Position numbers and translations under genes: made by a program | Shown: one piece after another, positions 19,025-29,069 of the stretch | How the letters are laid out: the number at the start of each line of letters is the position of its first letter | Position numbering within the stretch: position 1 is the stretch's first letter | NCBI GenBank assembly: GCA_963728565.1 | Contig: CAVSLC010000004.1 | Span: forward strand, 64,001 to 128,000 | Length of the DNA stretch: 64,000 nucleotides | DNA from: an uncultured delta proteobacterium | GTDB lineage: Bacteria > Desulfobacterota > Binatia > UBA9968 | Direction of reading: 5' to 3' | The notes under the pieces: model-generated | What the model saw: the letters and a program-made list of their open reading frames with translations, nothing else | The model's database searches: none | Told to the model about the DNA's origin: nothing

Positions 19025-20485
19025 ATGAGCCGTCGCATCGTCATCGTCGGCGGCGGCATCGCCGGATTGGCGGCGGCGCACCGCTTGCTGGAATTAAGAA
19101 ACGCCCAAGCATTAGACCTCGAGATCCTTCTGCTGGAGGCGTCCCATCGCCTCGGCGGCTGCATTGCGACAGAGCGAGTCGGCGATTTTCTCATCGAGGC
19201 CGGACCGGATTCGTTCATCTCTGAAAAACCCTGGGCGCTGCGCCTCTGTGAACGGCTCGGATTGGCGCCGCGTTTGCTGTCGACCCAGGCTGCGCATCAA
19301 AAGATTTATATCGTTCACAAAGGCAAGCTCGTGCCTCTGCCGGAAGGTTTTTTCTTGCTGGCGCCGACCCAACTGGCTCCCTTCCTTCGGACACCGCTGT
19401 TTTCTTGGCGCGGGAAACTGCGCATGGCGAGGGAGCTGCTGATCCCACGCGGCAACACCGACGTCGATGAAAGTCTCGGCGCGTTTGTCCGGCGTCGTTT
19501 TGGCAGCGAAGCCTTGGAGCGGGTCGCCCAGCCGCTGCTGGGCGGAATTTACGCCGCCGATCCCGACAAGCTCAGTCTCGTCGCCACCATGCCGCGCTTC
19601 AAAGAGATGGAAAAATCTCGACGCAGCATCATCTTGGCAATGTGGTCGGAACAGCGACGTCGTGCGCGCAAGCGCGAAAGCGGCAGCGGCGCGCGTTGGA
19701 GCCTATTCGTTACTCTTGCCGGCGGCATGCAGGAAGTCGTCGATGCGATCGCCCAACGTTTGCCGCAAGGAAGCGCGCGCCTAGATACCGCCGTAACAAA
19801 TATATTTCCCGGCGACGGCCAACAGAAATGCCGGATCGCAACCGGGACCGGCGAGATTGTCGAAGCCGACGGCATCATTCTGGCCACTCCCGCCCTTCAC
19901 ACCGCACAGATACTGGCTTCGGCCGCTCCTGAAGCAGCCAAGGAGTTGTCGAGCATCACTTACGCCTCCAGCGCGACCATAAGTCTGGTTTATCTTAATC
20001 GGGATTTTCCACGAATGCCGGACAGCTTCGGCTTCGTCGTGCCGGCGATTGAATCACGCAAGATCATGGCGTGCACCTTCAGCAGTTTGAAATATCCCGG
20101 CAGAGCCCCGGAAGGCCATGTGTTATTACGCGCCTTCGTCGGCGGCAGCCTGCAGACGGATCTTTTGGATGACAACGACACGACCCTGGAACGAAACGTC
20201 CGAGCCGAGATCGGCAGCCTGCTCGGCGTTGACGCCGAACCGCTGTTGGTCCGTCTCCAGCGCCATCGTAACTCTATGCCGCAATATCACCTCGGCCATC
20301 AAGCGAGGATTCAACGGATCGAAGCAGCCCTCGACAGCCATGCGGATCTCGCGCTGGCCGGCAGCGCCTACCACGGCGTCGGTATCTCCGATTGCGTGCG
20401 CAGCGGCGAACAGGCCGCGGAAAAGTTATTCCGACAGATAGTTAGGCCCGGCCGAGCCCAACTCGTTACCCCTGCCACGCGCTAA
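19025..20485 (+). CDS. hemY: HemY-type proto/coproporphyrinogen oxidase
   Basis: FAD motif IVGGGIAGL, EAGPDSF, PLLGGIYA, FSSLKYPGRAP, MPQYHLGH, GVGISDC. Confidence 0.93.
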   Translation: MSRRIVIVGGGIAGLAAAHRLLELRNAQALDLEILLLEASHRLGGCIATERVGDFLIEAGPDSFISEKPWALRLCERLGLAPRLLSTQAAHQKIYIVHKGKLVPLPEGFFLLAPTQLAPFLRTPLFSWRGKLRMARELLIPRGNTDVDESLGAFVRRRFGSEALERVAQPLLGGIYAADPDKLSLVATMPRFKEMEKSRRSIILAMWSEQRRRARKRESGSGARWSLFVTLAGGMQEVVDAIAQRLPQGSARLDTAVTNIFPGDGQQKCRIATGTGEIVEADGIILATPALHTAQILASAAPEAAKELSSITYASSATISLVYLNRDFPRMPDSFGFVVPAIESRKIMACTFSSLKYPGRAPEGHVLLRAFVGGSLQTDLLDDNDTTLERNVRAEIGSLLGVDAEPLLVRLQRHRNSMPQYHLGHQARIQRIEAALDSHADLALAGSAYHGVGISDCVRSGEQAAEKLFRQIVRPGRAQLVTPATR

Positions 20486-20697
20486 TCGGAATGGACCAAA
20501 CGAGCTAACCCCGGGGTGCATCCGGTGAGATTGACTACGACACGTTTCCTCAGCGCCAGACTTTCCTGCATGACGCGTAAGAAGCGTCGCTGTTTCTATC
20601 GGCTGGAGAAAACTTTCTCCTTGACGGTCGCCGGTGGCGCGCCTATGAATTACCTAACGAAGTATTTCCCTTTGGAACGTAGAGCAGCAGATCGCCC

Positions 20698-21546
20698 ATG
20701 ATAATCATCGATGCTCAGGTTCATATCTGGGCGCCCGAAACGCCGGCAAAACCCTATGCCAAAGGCGAGGCATCTGAGCCCCATCGTCCTATACCGCTCG
20801 GGCACGAAGAGCTCTTACGGGAGATGGACGGCGCTGGAGTGTATCGGTGCGTGCTCGTGCCGCCCACGTGGGAAGCGGATCGCAACGACACCTCGTTGGA
20901 GGCGGCGCGTTTACATCCCGACCGTTTTGCCGTCATGGGACGGCTTAAAATCAACGCGCCCGAAAGCCGCGCGTTAGTGGCGACATGGAAAGACCAGCCG
21001 CACATGCTCGGCATTAGAATGGTTTTCAATCGCGGACGCTCGCGAGAATGGCTGAACGACGGCACCGCAGATTGGTTTTGGCATGCCGCGGAACGCTACG
21101 AGATTCCGGTGATGGCCTTTGCGCCCGGCGCTGTAGCGAAACTCGCTGCCATCGCCGAAAGGCATCCAGGGTTGCGCATGATCATCGATCATATGGGATT
21201 GAGCACGGCGTTGCGCGGTAAGCCGTTGGATTCAGCCGTGGACGAAGTAATCAAGATGGCGCGGTTGCCCAATGTCGCGGTAAAAGTTTCTGCGCTGCCC
21301 TGTTATGTCGACGAAGCTTATCCGTTTCCGACTCTCCACCCGCTGATTCGGCGCCTTGTCGATGCCTTCGGCCCTCACCGCTGTTTTTGGGGCACAGACC
21401 TATCTCATTTACCCTGCTCTTATCGACAAGCAGTAACCCTGTTCACGGAAGAGCTCGGTTTCCTTTCGTCTGTAGACAAGGAATGGATCATGGGCCGCGG
21501 CATCGCCGACTGGCTCCACTGGCCGCTGGAGAGCGCTACAACGTGA
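20698..21546 (+). CDS. Amidohydrolase_2 family protein (lactonase-like)
   Basis: IIDAQVHIW, IIDHMG, VKVS, FWGTD, WIMGR. Confidence 0.88.
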   Translation: MIIIDAQVHIWAPETPAKPYAKGEASEPHRPIPLGHEELLREMDGAGVYRCVLVPPTWEADRNDTSLEAARLHPDRFAVMGRLKINAPESRALVATWKDQPHMLGIRMVFNRGRSREWLNDGTADWFWHAAERYEIPVMAFAPGAVAKLAAIAERHPGLRMIIDHMGLSTALRGKPLDSAVDEVIKMARLPNVAVKVSALPCYVDEAYPFPTLHPLIRRLVDAFGPHRCFWGTDLSHLPCSYRQAVTLFTEELGFLSSVDKEWIMGRGIADWLHWPLESATT

Positions 21547-21573
21547 ATGCGCCTCGCTACGTCGCCGTACGGT

Positions 21574-21960
21574 TTAATGTAAGGGTCCGAGGAAGATTTG
21601 GCTGATGAAATAGCTGCCTTGCTCGCTTTGCGCGATAGTGATGCCGGTCAAAGTAAAGTCCCCAGCTTTTTTTGCGGTGTCCGGGCTAGTGTGCCATCCC
21701 TCCACTGCCGTTCGCGCCAGATCTTCATGACCGATAGCGGCCGCGACATGTTCCGCGCCCGCTCGGAAAGAAAGTTTCTCGCCGATTTTTCTAACCCGAT
21801 CAGCAAAGCGTGCATGGGTAGGGCGCTGCGCCTACGAGCCATTCCAAACTGTGCTGTCTTGCTTGCACGCCGATATCCGCTGCAGCCGCAGCGGTTGCAA
21901 ACCCTGGGCGTGGCGAGATTCGTTCACTCCTTGATGGATGCTCTCGAGCAGCCTGATCGG
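21574..21960 (-). pseudogene. CAP (SCP/PR-1) domain pseudogene
   Basis: Minus-strand frame pieces: IHQGVNESRHAQGLQPLRL / ARQHS / HARFADRVRKIGEKLSFRAGAEHVAAAIGHEDLARTAVEGWHTSP / GDFTLTGITIAQSEQGSYFISQIF. This is the CAP pattern with several frameshifts and substitutions. Confidence 0.7.
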
Positions 21961-22047
21961 TCAGATCGAGCACGAGTAAATGCATTCGGATCGGGAAGAA
22001 CGCATCTGCGTCTTCCCGATCCGAATGCGTGAGAACCTAAAGCTTTT

Positions 22048-22554
22048 TTACTTAGTCTCGGGCTTGGCACCCTGTTGCCGCTGCTGCGGCTTCGAAGCCT
22101 CATCGCCCGTCAAGGTGACACCGAGCTTATCGGCGGTTTTCTTGTCCAGCACTCCGGTAACCGGTAAATTATTTTCTTTCTGAAACTCACGGAGTGCTTC
22201 CTGAGTCTTGGCATGCATACGGCCGCTGACTGCCCCCGGGTCTTTGCCCTTCGCCTTCAATGCTTCCTGTGCCTTCCTGATGTCGTCTGAGGAGATCACC
22301 ATCTCTCGCTGGCTGCCGGCATCCGGCGCCTCCATCCGTTCCGGTATGGTTCCACGCTGTCCCGGCAGCGGTTCCGTTGGCGGAAGCCCTGGCGCCGGTT
22401 GCCCCGGTATGGTCGGTTGGGTTTGCTGCGGCATGTCGGGCACCGGTTTTGGGACGGTGGGTCCAGGAATGCTTTGGGCGAACAGAACATGCGCGCCTAG
22501 GCCCATATTACCAGCTAAAAAAACCGCGGTTAGAATATGGTTTTGTCGTTTCAT
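22048..22554 (-). CDS. Secreted Pro-rich protein with PG_binding_1 peptidoglycan-binding domain
   Basis: Signal peptide, Pro/Gln-rich linker, IRKAQEALKAKG.DPG...G....T..ALREFQKENNLPVTGVLD. Confidence 0.88.
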   Translation of the reverse strand: MKRQNHILTAVFLAGNMGLGAHVLFAQSIPGPTVPKPVPDMPQQTQPTIPGQPAPGLPPTEPLPGQRGTIPERMEAPDAGSQREMVISSDDIRKAQEALKAKGKDPGAVSGRMHAKTQEALREFQKENNLPVTGVLDKKTADKLGVTLTGDEASKPQQRQQGAKPETK

Positions 22555-22592
22555 GGAGAGCCTCCTTATAACGATCTTGCTCCATTACGGCC

Positions 22593-22608
22593 CGCAAGCC
22601 GCATGCCA
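22593..22608 (-). promoter_or_regulatory. Sigma-54 (-24/-12) promoter
   Basis: Minus strand TGGCATGCGGCTTGCG, about 40 bp upstream of the ATG at 22554 and its GGAGG. Confidence 0.75.
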
Positions 22609-22786
22609 CGAAAAAGCCTCGGCAAAACTCGGGGAAGAGTCGAAAAAGGTGTCTAGAAGGAAGAATCTCAAAGCTCGGTGTATCGTATTTGAGAAGACAA
22701 CCTTGCGATGTCCGAGTAGAGCGGCGTTCTGCTCACGTGCCGGACCGCGGTATGTTTCTCCCGATATATACATTTAATCGCAGTGT

Positions 22787-25327
22787 TCAGCGCCACTCGT
22801 GCTTTGGATACCTGCGCCGCAACTCGTGCTTGAGTTTAGGATAGGTGTCACTCCAAAAATTCGACAGGTCGTCAGTGACCTGCACCGGACGATTACTTGG
22901 CGCGAGCACCTCGATCCGCAGGACAACACGCCCGCTGGCGATACGCAGCGCATTTTTAACGCTGTAGAGATCCTGAATGCGCGCCGCAATCGTCGGGGGC
23001 GCGTCGACGGAGTAGATCACTTTCACTGTCCGGCCTCCGGGTAACTGCATGCGCTCGGGTGCATACTCCTCGATCCACGCCTGTTGCCGCCGTGACAGCC
23101 ATGTTTTGATCATCGACAAGACCGGTCGATTTCGGATTTCGTTGTAGCTAAGCGCGCCGTGGCAGATGTGCTCGAAGATGGAAAGGCGGTCCATCTCTCT
23201 AATCGCCGGCAGTTCGAGTTCCGGCATCCATTCCCGTAATCGGTTGACGCGCAGGATCCACTGTTCAACCGATTCATCCCAGTTCTCGAGCCGACAGCGG
23301 CCGGCGGCAACTTCCCGCGCTAGAATCGCGGCCGCCTCATCACCGGGCGGTTTATCGGAAATCTTCTCTCGTAAAACCAGATCACGGAATCGGACTTCGT
23401 CGCGCGCGATAACGCGGCGCTGCGCCGGATCGTAGGAGACGTTGCGGCTTTCGGTGAACTCGTGAGGAAACAGTTCGCGCAACCACTCCTCCCTGATCGC
23501 GGTGGCCAGACTCAGCACGACATTCAACGTTCGATCCTTAGTGGCGCCGCTTTCCACCTCGCGCGCTTCCGACACGACAAAAAGTGGCGCTTGGACAGCA
23601 CTGTCGCGGGCCAAAACACCACGCCGGCCGTGGGTCAATTCGCAGCGTAGCGAGCCGGGACGGAGACGTTTGGCGAGGTGGTCAGAAAACCCAAGAAGCA
23701 CGCAACGCTGCACGGCTTCGTGCGCCACCGGCTTCTGGCGGATATCGAAACCTTCGGCCGCCGCGATGCTCAAGAACTGCTCGAAAAGCAGTCCGATCTG
23801 ACGCGCCGCTTGCGCGTCAATGCCCATGCCGCGGCAAAGCTCGTCGTCATAGCCGTTGCGCTGGGCGTACCTCCAGCAGCGCATCAGCGCCAGGAAGTCA
23901 GACTCGGTCTCATCATCGAACAGATCGCCGCGCCGGTCGTCTACCTGTTTGGCTTGGCGGCGCGTGAGTAGGTCACGCCCTTGCGTTAAGGCGGCGATCA
24001 ATGCCACCGGCCGCACGCAATCGTATTCTTGGGCGCCCAGCAGCATGCGGGCATAACGTGGGTGAATCGGAAACGAGATCATGCGCCGTCCGAGCGGAGT
24101 GATAACACCGGCGATGTCCTCGATCGCTCCCAAATCAACGAGCAACGTCTCGGCCCGTCTAAGCGCGCGCGGGTCGGGAGTTTCCAACCACTGAAATGTC
24201 ATCAAGTCGTTTACCCCGCTGGCTTTGAGAGTGAGGATCACCTCGGACAGATCCAGGCGTCTTACCTCCGGGAGTTCCTGAGCCGGGCGCGCGTTGTGCT
24301 CATGCGCAGTCCAGAGACGCAAACAGTGGCCAGGCGCAGTGCGTCCCGCGCGGCCCGCCCGCTGGTCGGCTGCGGCGCGGCTGATTTTTTCGATCAGCAA
24401 CGTGTTGATGCCGCGATATGGATCATAGCGGAGACCTCGAGCCAAACCGCTGTCGATCACCACGCGCACACCGTCTATGGTAAGCGACGTTTCCGCAACG
24501 TTAGTGGCAACGATGATCTTACGCCGGCCGTAACGCGCTATAGCGGCGTCCTGCTCGGCCGGCGGCAATTCACCGTGCAGCGGCAATATCAGAATTTGCG
24601 GCCCCAAAGCATTGCGCGCGGCTCGCACCGTACGCATGATCTCATATGCGCCCGGCATAAAAATTAGCGCATCCCCTTCGGGATGCGTCCGCAACAAGCC
24701 CTTGAGCTCTCTCACCGCGAGTTCCCAGACGGATGTTTCCCGCGCAGGTTTCTCCAGATAATCGATGGTCACCGGGTAAGTGCGGCCTTCGGACGACAAC
24801 AATGCGCAAGGATGGAGATAGTCCTGCACCGCGGCTACATCCAACGTCGCCGACATCACCAGAATGATGAGATCGGGTCGGGTCGTTGCCTGAACCTGCA
24901 GAGCGCGCGCCAGGGTGATGTCGCCGAAAAGGTGGCGTTCGTGAAATTCATCGAACACGACGGCGCTGACGCCTCTTAATTCGGGATCAGCCAACATCCG
25001 GCGCAGCAGGACGCCTTCGGTGAGGTAACAAATACGGGTCGCGGCAGAGGTCACGTTATCCAGGCGGATCTGGTAGCCCACTTGGTCGCCGAGTTTAACG
25101 CCGCGAGTTCGAGCGACCCAGGCGGCAAGCATACGCGTGGGCAACCGGCGCGGCTGCAACACCGCTACTTGGCCGTCCCGCAACAAGCCACTGTCGAGCA
25201 GCATCTGCGGCACTTGGGTTGACTTGCCTGATCCGGTCGGCGCGGTGAGAACCAAGCGCCTCCCTGTCTTCAGCGATTCGAGCAGTTGCTGCTCGATTTT
25301 AAAAATCGGTAAATCCGGCTTAGGCAT
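22787..25327 (-). CDS. hrpB: ATP-dependent helicase HrpB
   Basis: APTGSGKST, QPRR, DEFHER, MSAT, ATNVAETSLT, QRAGRAGR, C-terminal QVTDDLSNFW..YP..RRYPKHEW. Confidence 0.95.
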   Translation of the reverse strand: MPKPDLPIFKIEQQLLESLKTGRRLVLTAPTGSGKSTQVPQMLLDSGLLRDGQVAVLQPRRLPTRMLAAWVARTRGVKLGDQVGYQIRLDNVTSAATRICYLTEGVLLRRMLADPELRGVSAVVFDEFHERHLFGDITLARALQVQATTRPDLIILVMSATLDVAAVQDYLHPCALLSSEGRTYPVTIDYLEKPARETSVWELAVRELKGLLRTHPEGDALIFMPGAYEIMRTVRAARNALGPQILILPLHGELPPAEQDAAIARYGRRKIIVATNVAETSLTIDGVRVVIDSGLARGLRYDPYRGINTLLIEKISRAAADQRAGRAGRTAPGHCLRLWTAHEHNARPAQELPEVRRLDLSEVILTLKASGVNDLMTFQWLETPDPRALRRAETLLVDLGAIEDIAGVITPLGRRMISFPIHPRYARMLLGAQEYDCVRPVALIAALTQGRDLLTRRQAKQVDDRRGDLFDDETESDFLALMRCWRYAQRNGYDDELCRGMGIDAQAARQIGLLFEQFLSIAAAEGFDIRQKPVAHEAVQRCVLLGFSDHLAKRLRPGSLRCELTHGRRGVLARDSAVQAPLFVVSEAREVESGATKDRTLNVVLSLATAIREEWLRELFPHEFTESRNVSYDPAQRRVIARDEVRFRDLVLREKISDKPPGDEAAAILAREVAAGRCRLENWDESVEQWILRVNRLREWMPELELPAIREMDRLSIFEHICHGALSYNEIRNRPVLSMIKTWLSRRQQAWIEEYAPERMQLPGGRTVKVIYSVDAPPTIAARIQDLYSVKNALRIASGRVVLRIEVLAPSNRPVQVTDDLSNFWSDTYPKLKHELRRRYPKHEWR

Positions 25328-25410
25328 CGATGAAAGAATACCGAGAGCTTCGGTCGGCTGTTTGGAAGCGAATCAGCTGTGCGCTGTCTTGGAAATTTCC
25401 TGTAACGCCG

Positions 25411-26910
25411 CTAGACGGTGCTCTCGTCGTAGGTTGCCAGGCAACGATCGACCAATGCCTCCGCAGCCGTCCAATCAAAGGTGCGGAACTCGCGTCCCTG
25501 AATAGACGTGGGCTCGCCGGCGTAAAACATCTCATACTGCAGATGACGCGAGCCAAACTCCGAACCCACGGCGTCCCACAACAGCTTCAGCAGCTTCACC
25601 CGGTCGCGGCCGGCGGCTTTCGGCCAACGCACATAGCGGTCGATATCCACCGCCGACGATGCGGCGCGCAGCTCAGCTGCCGCTGCCGGCAACTGGATGA
25701 GGCTCCCGCCCATCAGTCCGCGGATCTGATTGAGCAACGCCGGATACATCGCCTGCTGTAACACCTGGCTGGCATAAAGCAGGGAATCCTTGGGGCGCAT
25801 GACACCAAACTGGTCCGGCTCCGCGGCCGCTTCGGCGCCAAGGATCATCCCTTCGATGAGTGAGACACGGGTAGCGAGGTCGCCGAGTTGCGCGATTACC
25901 TCGATATTGGCCGAACGGCCGCTCAGATCCATGCAGCGTTTGACCAGTCCCACCAGGAACTGCAGCTTTGCCCACGAGCGGATGTGTGACTGCGTGTTTC
26001 CCAGCACGTGCGCTGCGGTAACACTGAACTGACCCGCTGTAAGCTCGATGTTCTTATAGATGAACACGTCCTCCCACGGCACCAGAACATCATCGAAGAC
26101 GACCAGCGAATCGGTTTCGTCGAAACGGCTCGAGAGCGGGTAGTCGAATACGCTGTTAGCTCCGAGCGCATACGGCCGGCGCGGGTAGAGCTTCAGACCG
26201 GCCGCGCCATTCGGAACCACGCAGGAAATCGCGTAGTCTTCGTCGCCCGGCTTGAGCGGCAGGATCACCGTGAGCAGCACATAATCGGACATCACTGAGC
26301 CTGTGCCGAGCATCTGCGCACCACGGATGACGATGCCGTTGTCGCGCTCGGCAGCGGCGCCGGCGTAGAGGTACGGCTCGTGCTGCTGGTGCGCCGGTTT
26401 GGCGCGATCGACGGTGGGATGGACGATGACGTAGCTGACGTAGAGGTCCTCATCGGCGGCCTTTGCCGCGAAACGCGAGATATTGTCAGCGAATTGTTGG
26501 CCGCCCCGGGCGTAGAACTCAGGCGAGCCCGCGAACCCCGCAAAAAACGATGCAACATGATCGGGCGAGCGCCCGAGCAAGCCATAGCTTGCATCGGCCC
26601 AGAACTTAATCGCGTGCCGCCGCGTCGCCAGGTCGTCACGGCTGCGCGGCACCAGCCAGGACTTGTTGACAGGACGACCGTCGCGCGGCGACGGATAGCT
26701 CATCAGCTCGCGATTAGCAGGATCGGCAGCGAGATCGTAAAGGCCGGCGATGCTCCGGATCCCGGCGGCAAAGGCTGGATGGGTCGTCACGTCGGGCACT
26801 CGTTCGCCGTTCAACAGCACCGTGCGTCCGTCATGCAAGCCGCGCACATACTCCTCACCACGGCGAGTCACGTCTGGCTCCCTTGCCCGGGCTTGGTTGC
26901 TAAATCGCAC
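25411..26910 (-). CDS. HpaB-family (4-hydroxyphenylacetate 3-monooxygenase-like) flavin-dependent oxygenase component
   Basis: DVTTHPAF, GRSPDH, GIVIRGAQ, YPLSSRFDETD, FDDVLVPWE, GSEFGSRHLQYEMFYAG. The start may instead be the GTG at about 26871. Confidence 0.92.
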   Translation of the reverse strand: MRFSNQARAREPDVTRRGEEYVRGLHDGRTVLLNGERVPDVTTHPAFAAGIRSIAGLYDLAADPANRELMSYPSPRDGRPVNKSWLVPRSRDDLATRRHAIKFWADASYGLLGRSPDHVASFFAGFAGSPEFYARGGQQFADNISRFAAKAADEDLYVSYVIVHPTVDRAKPAHQQHEPYLYAGAAAERDNGIVIRGAQMLGTGSVMSDYVLLTVILPLKPGDEDYAISCVVPNGAAGLKLYPRRPYALGANSVFDYPLSSRFDETDSLVVFDDVLVPWEDVFIYKNIELTAGQFSVTAAHVLGNTQSHIRSWAKLQFLVGLVKRCMDLSGRSANIEVIAQLGDLATRVSLIEGMILGAEAAAEPDQFGVMRPKDSLLYASQVLQQAMYPALLNQIRGLMGGSLIQLPAAAAELRAASSAVDIDRYVRWPKAAGRDRVKLLKLLWDAVGSEFGSRHLQYEMFYAGEPTSIQGREFRTFDWTAAEALVDRCLATYDESTV

Positions 26911-27094
26911 GTTTTTCTGAAACCGTCGGTGTTCATCAACTTCCTGGCCATAATCAAATCATCCTATAGTTGCCGGCGCCGGGCTACTGCAACCTCGGAG
27001 CGCTGCCTGAAGAAAGTTGCTCATGATCGCTGCCGTCGTCGCTTGCGCGAAAATGGCGAGCGCAACGATGATTATCAGTCTTTTCAGCAGGCTT

Positions 27095-27595
27095 CTAGGA
27101 TTGCTTCCTGTGAGTTCTCTGCTCGAGAGAGCGGCGGGACAAATCTCGGCCCATGCGAAGCGCTGCCTCAACTCCTTGATAGTAGCCGGGAAGCTGAAGC
27201 AGTGTGCGGTAACCCATTCGACTATAAAAGATTTGCGCTTCTTCATTCCCCGCGCGCACTTCGAGATCAACCTTGAATATGCCCGCTACGACGGCGCATT
27301 CTTCCAGCCACTCCATCATTTGGCGCCCGATGCCGCTTCTCCTATAGGGCGGAGCCACAGCGAGAAGATCCAAGTGTGCGTCGTCATCGCCATAGCGCAT
27401 GATGGCAAAGCCGGCAATCTCTTCGTGCATAGATGCAACCAGTACGTTGACGTTGGCAGCGCGAATACTTGCTGTGATCCGCACCGGCGTCCAGCGCCAG
27501 TTGAGACCGTATTCGATCAAATCGCGGGAGAGATTGGCAATGCTGTCGGCGTCTGCCAAGCGCGCCAATCGCAAGGATAGCTCAGAGTGTATCAT
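27095..27595 (-). CDS. GNAT acetyltransferase, RimI-like
   Basis: LLAVAPPYRRSGIG, LEVRAGNEEAQIFY..GY, GYYQG.EAA..M. Confidence 0.88.
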   Translation of the reverse strand: MIHSELSLRLARLADADSIANLSRDLIEYGLNWRWTPVRITASIRAANVNVLVASMHEEIAGFAIMRYGDDDAHLDLLAVAPPYRRSGIGRQMMEWLEECAVVAGIFKVDLEVRAGNEEAQIFYSRMGYRTLLQLPGYYQGVEAALRMGRDLSRRSLEQRTHRKQS

Positions 27596-28060
27596 CGGGT
27601 GCCCGACCTAACGAACCGGATTTTCCCGCAAAGCTGGGGAGCAATCAAGTTCCAGTTCAATGATCTCGGCATGCTCACTGTGACCCATATTCCAATTGTA
27701 AAACACAGACTGGCCCGTGTCGTCTTTCGATGAACCAATCGTCTGACCGAAACCCGAAAAAGCAGGCGCCGCTTTCGGCGAGAGCGAAAATTGGCGACAT
27801 TCCTTACGCGCACCACGCTATAACGGGCTGAGGAAGCGAGGCGGGTTCCGGCTCTTGTTGCCGCAACTTCTATCATTGTAATTATCCTCGATACTACTAC
27901 ACCGGTTCATCGGGCATCACACGACTCACGTGTGACACAGATCGATCCGTGCCGCTAACTTTGATTGACAGGCTCCCGAGCTCATAGTACGTAACTGCCA
28001 TCCCTATGAGAACGCCTGGCGGATTTTGAATCGAGAACTTACTCTCTCAAGGATGCACCG

Positions 28061-29056
28061 ATGACCAAGATGACATCGACACTCAGGTATGGTGCCTGTC
28101 TCTTCGTGCTCGTATCGATAACCTCAGTGAGTCGCGGTGACGCGCAGCAAACTCCAAAATTGACGCCGATCAACTACGGGACCATCACCCTATCTGCATT
28201 GCACTGGCCCTATTTGATCGCAGAGCAGGAAGGCATGCTCCAAAAAGAAGGCTTGGAGATCAAGCGCGTTCTCGGCGGCACTACCACGGCCACCTCCCAG
28301 GCGCTGGTCGCGGGCTCCACGGATTTCGCGCAGATGAATTTGGTGCAGCTGCTCTCCGCTAATTCGGCGGGAGCCGATCTCGTCGCGGTAGCCGGTGATA
28401 CCCTGGTGCCCATTTATGCGCTGGTGGTGCATCCCTCGATCAAGAGTTATGCCGATTTAAAGGGAAAGCGATTAGCAGTCGCAGGCCCCACCGATCCTTT
28501 GAACTACATTATGGCGCGGATGCTCGCGGCCAACGGTCTCACGCCTGCCGACTATGAAATGCTCGGGCTGGGTGGAACTCCAACGCGCCTGGCGGCGGTG
28601 GAAAAAGGCGGCGTCGCCGGGGCATTGGTCAATCAGCCCTCGGATTTCAAAGCGATCGCCTCGGGAATGCGTTTGCTCGGCTACTCGTCGGATTATGTCG
28701 ACAACTTTCAATACACGGTAACCGGCATGCGCCGCGACTGGGCGCAAGCAAACAGGCCTTTGACCGTGCGCTTTCTTCGCGCTTTCGCGCGTGCCTGCGA
28801 GTTCTTCTATGAGCCAAAAAACAAGGAGGCCGTGCTGCGGGCGTTGATCGACAAGGCGAAAGCCGACCGTGATGATGCCGAAAAAACCTATAATCTTTTC
28901 GTTAAAACCAAAAAATCGATTCCGCAGGATGGAGCCGTGGATATCAAAGGCGCGCGCATCGTCGCCGAAAGCTGGAAGGAATTCGGTTTGCAAAAGCCGC
29001 CTCCGCCGGTCGACGGCGTAATCGATATGAGCTATCTGCAGGAAGCAAGGAAGTAG
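28061..29056 (+). CDS. ABC substrate-binding protein, NitT/TauT (SsuA/THI5-like)
   Basis: Signal peptide, IKSYADLKGKRLAV, RLAAVEKG, VRFLRA, IDMSYL. Confidence 0.9.
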   Translation: MTKMTSTLRYGACLFVLVSITSVSRGDAQQTPKLTPINYGTITLSALHWPYLIAEQEGMLQKEGLEIKRVLGGTTTATSQALVAGSTDFAQMNLVQLLSANSAGADLVAVAGDTLVPIYALVVHPSIKSYADLKGKRLAVAGPTDPLNYIMARMLAANGLTPADYEMLGLGGTPTRLAAVEKGGVAGALVNQPSDFKAIASGMRLLGYSSDYVDNFQYTVTGMRRDWAQANRPLTVRFLRAFARACEFFYEPKNKEAVLRALIDKAKADRDDAEKTYNLFVKTKKSIPQDGAVDIKGARIVAESWKEFGLQKPPPPVDGVIDMSYLQEARK

Positions 29057-29069
29057 GACCCGTTCAACA

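Noticed and set aside
21598-22032. 144-aa + strand ORF
   Set aside because: No recognisable motifs; it is antisense to the CAP pseudogene.
26380-27580. Long + strand ORFs (298 aa, 187 aa)
   Set aside because: Antisense shadows of the HpaB-like and GNAT genes, as expected in GC-rich DNA. The same applies to 35068-36048, 33444-34265 and 2438-3166.
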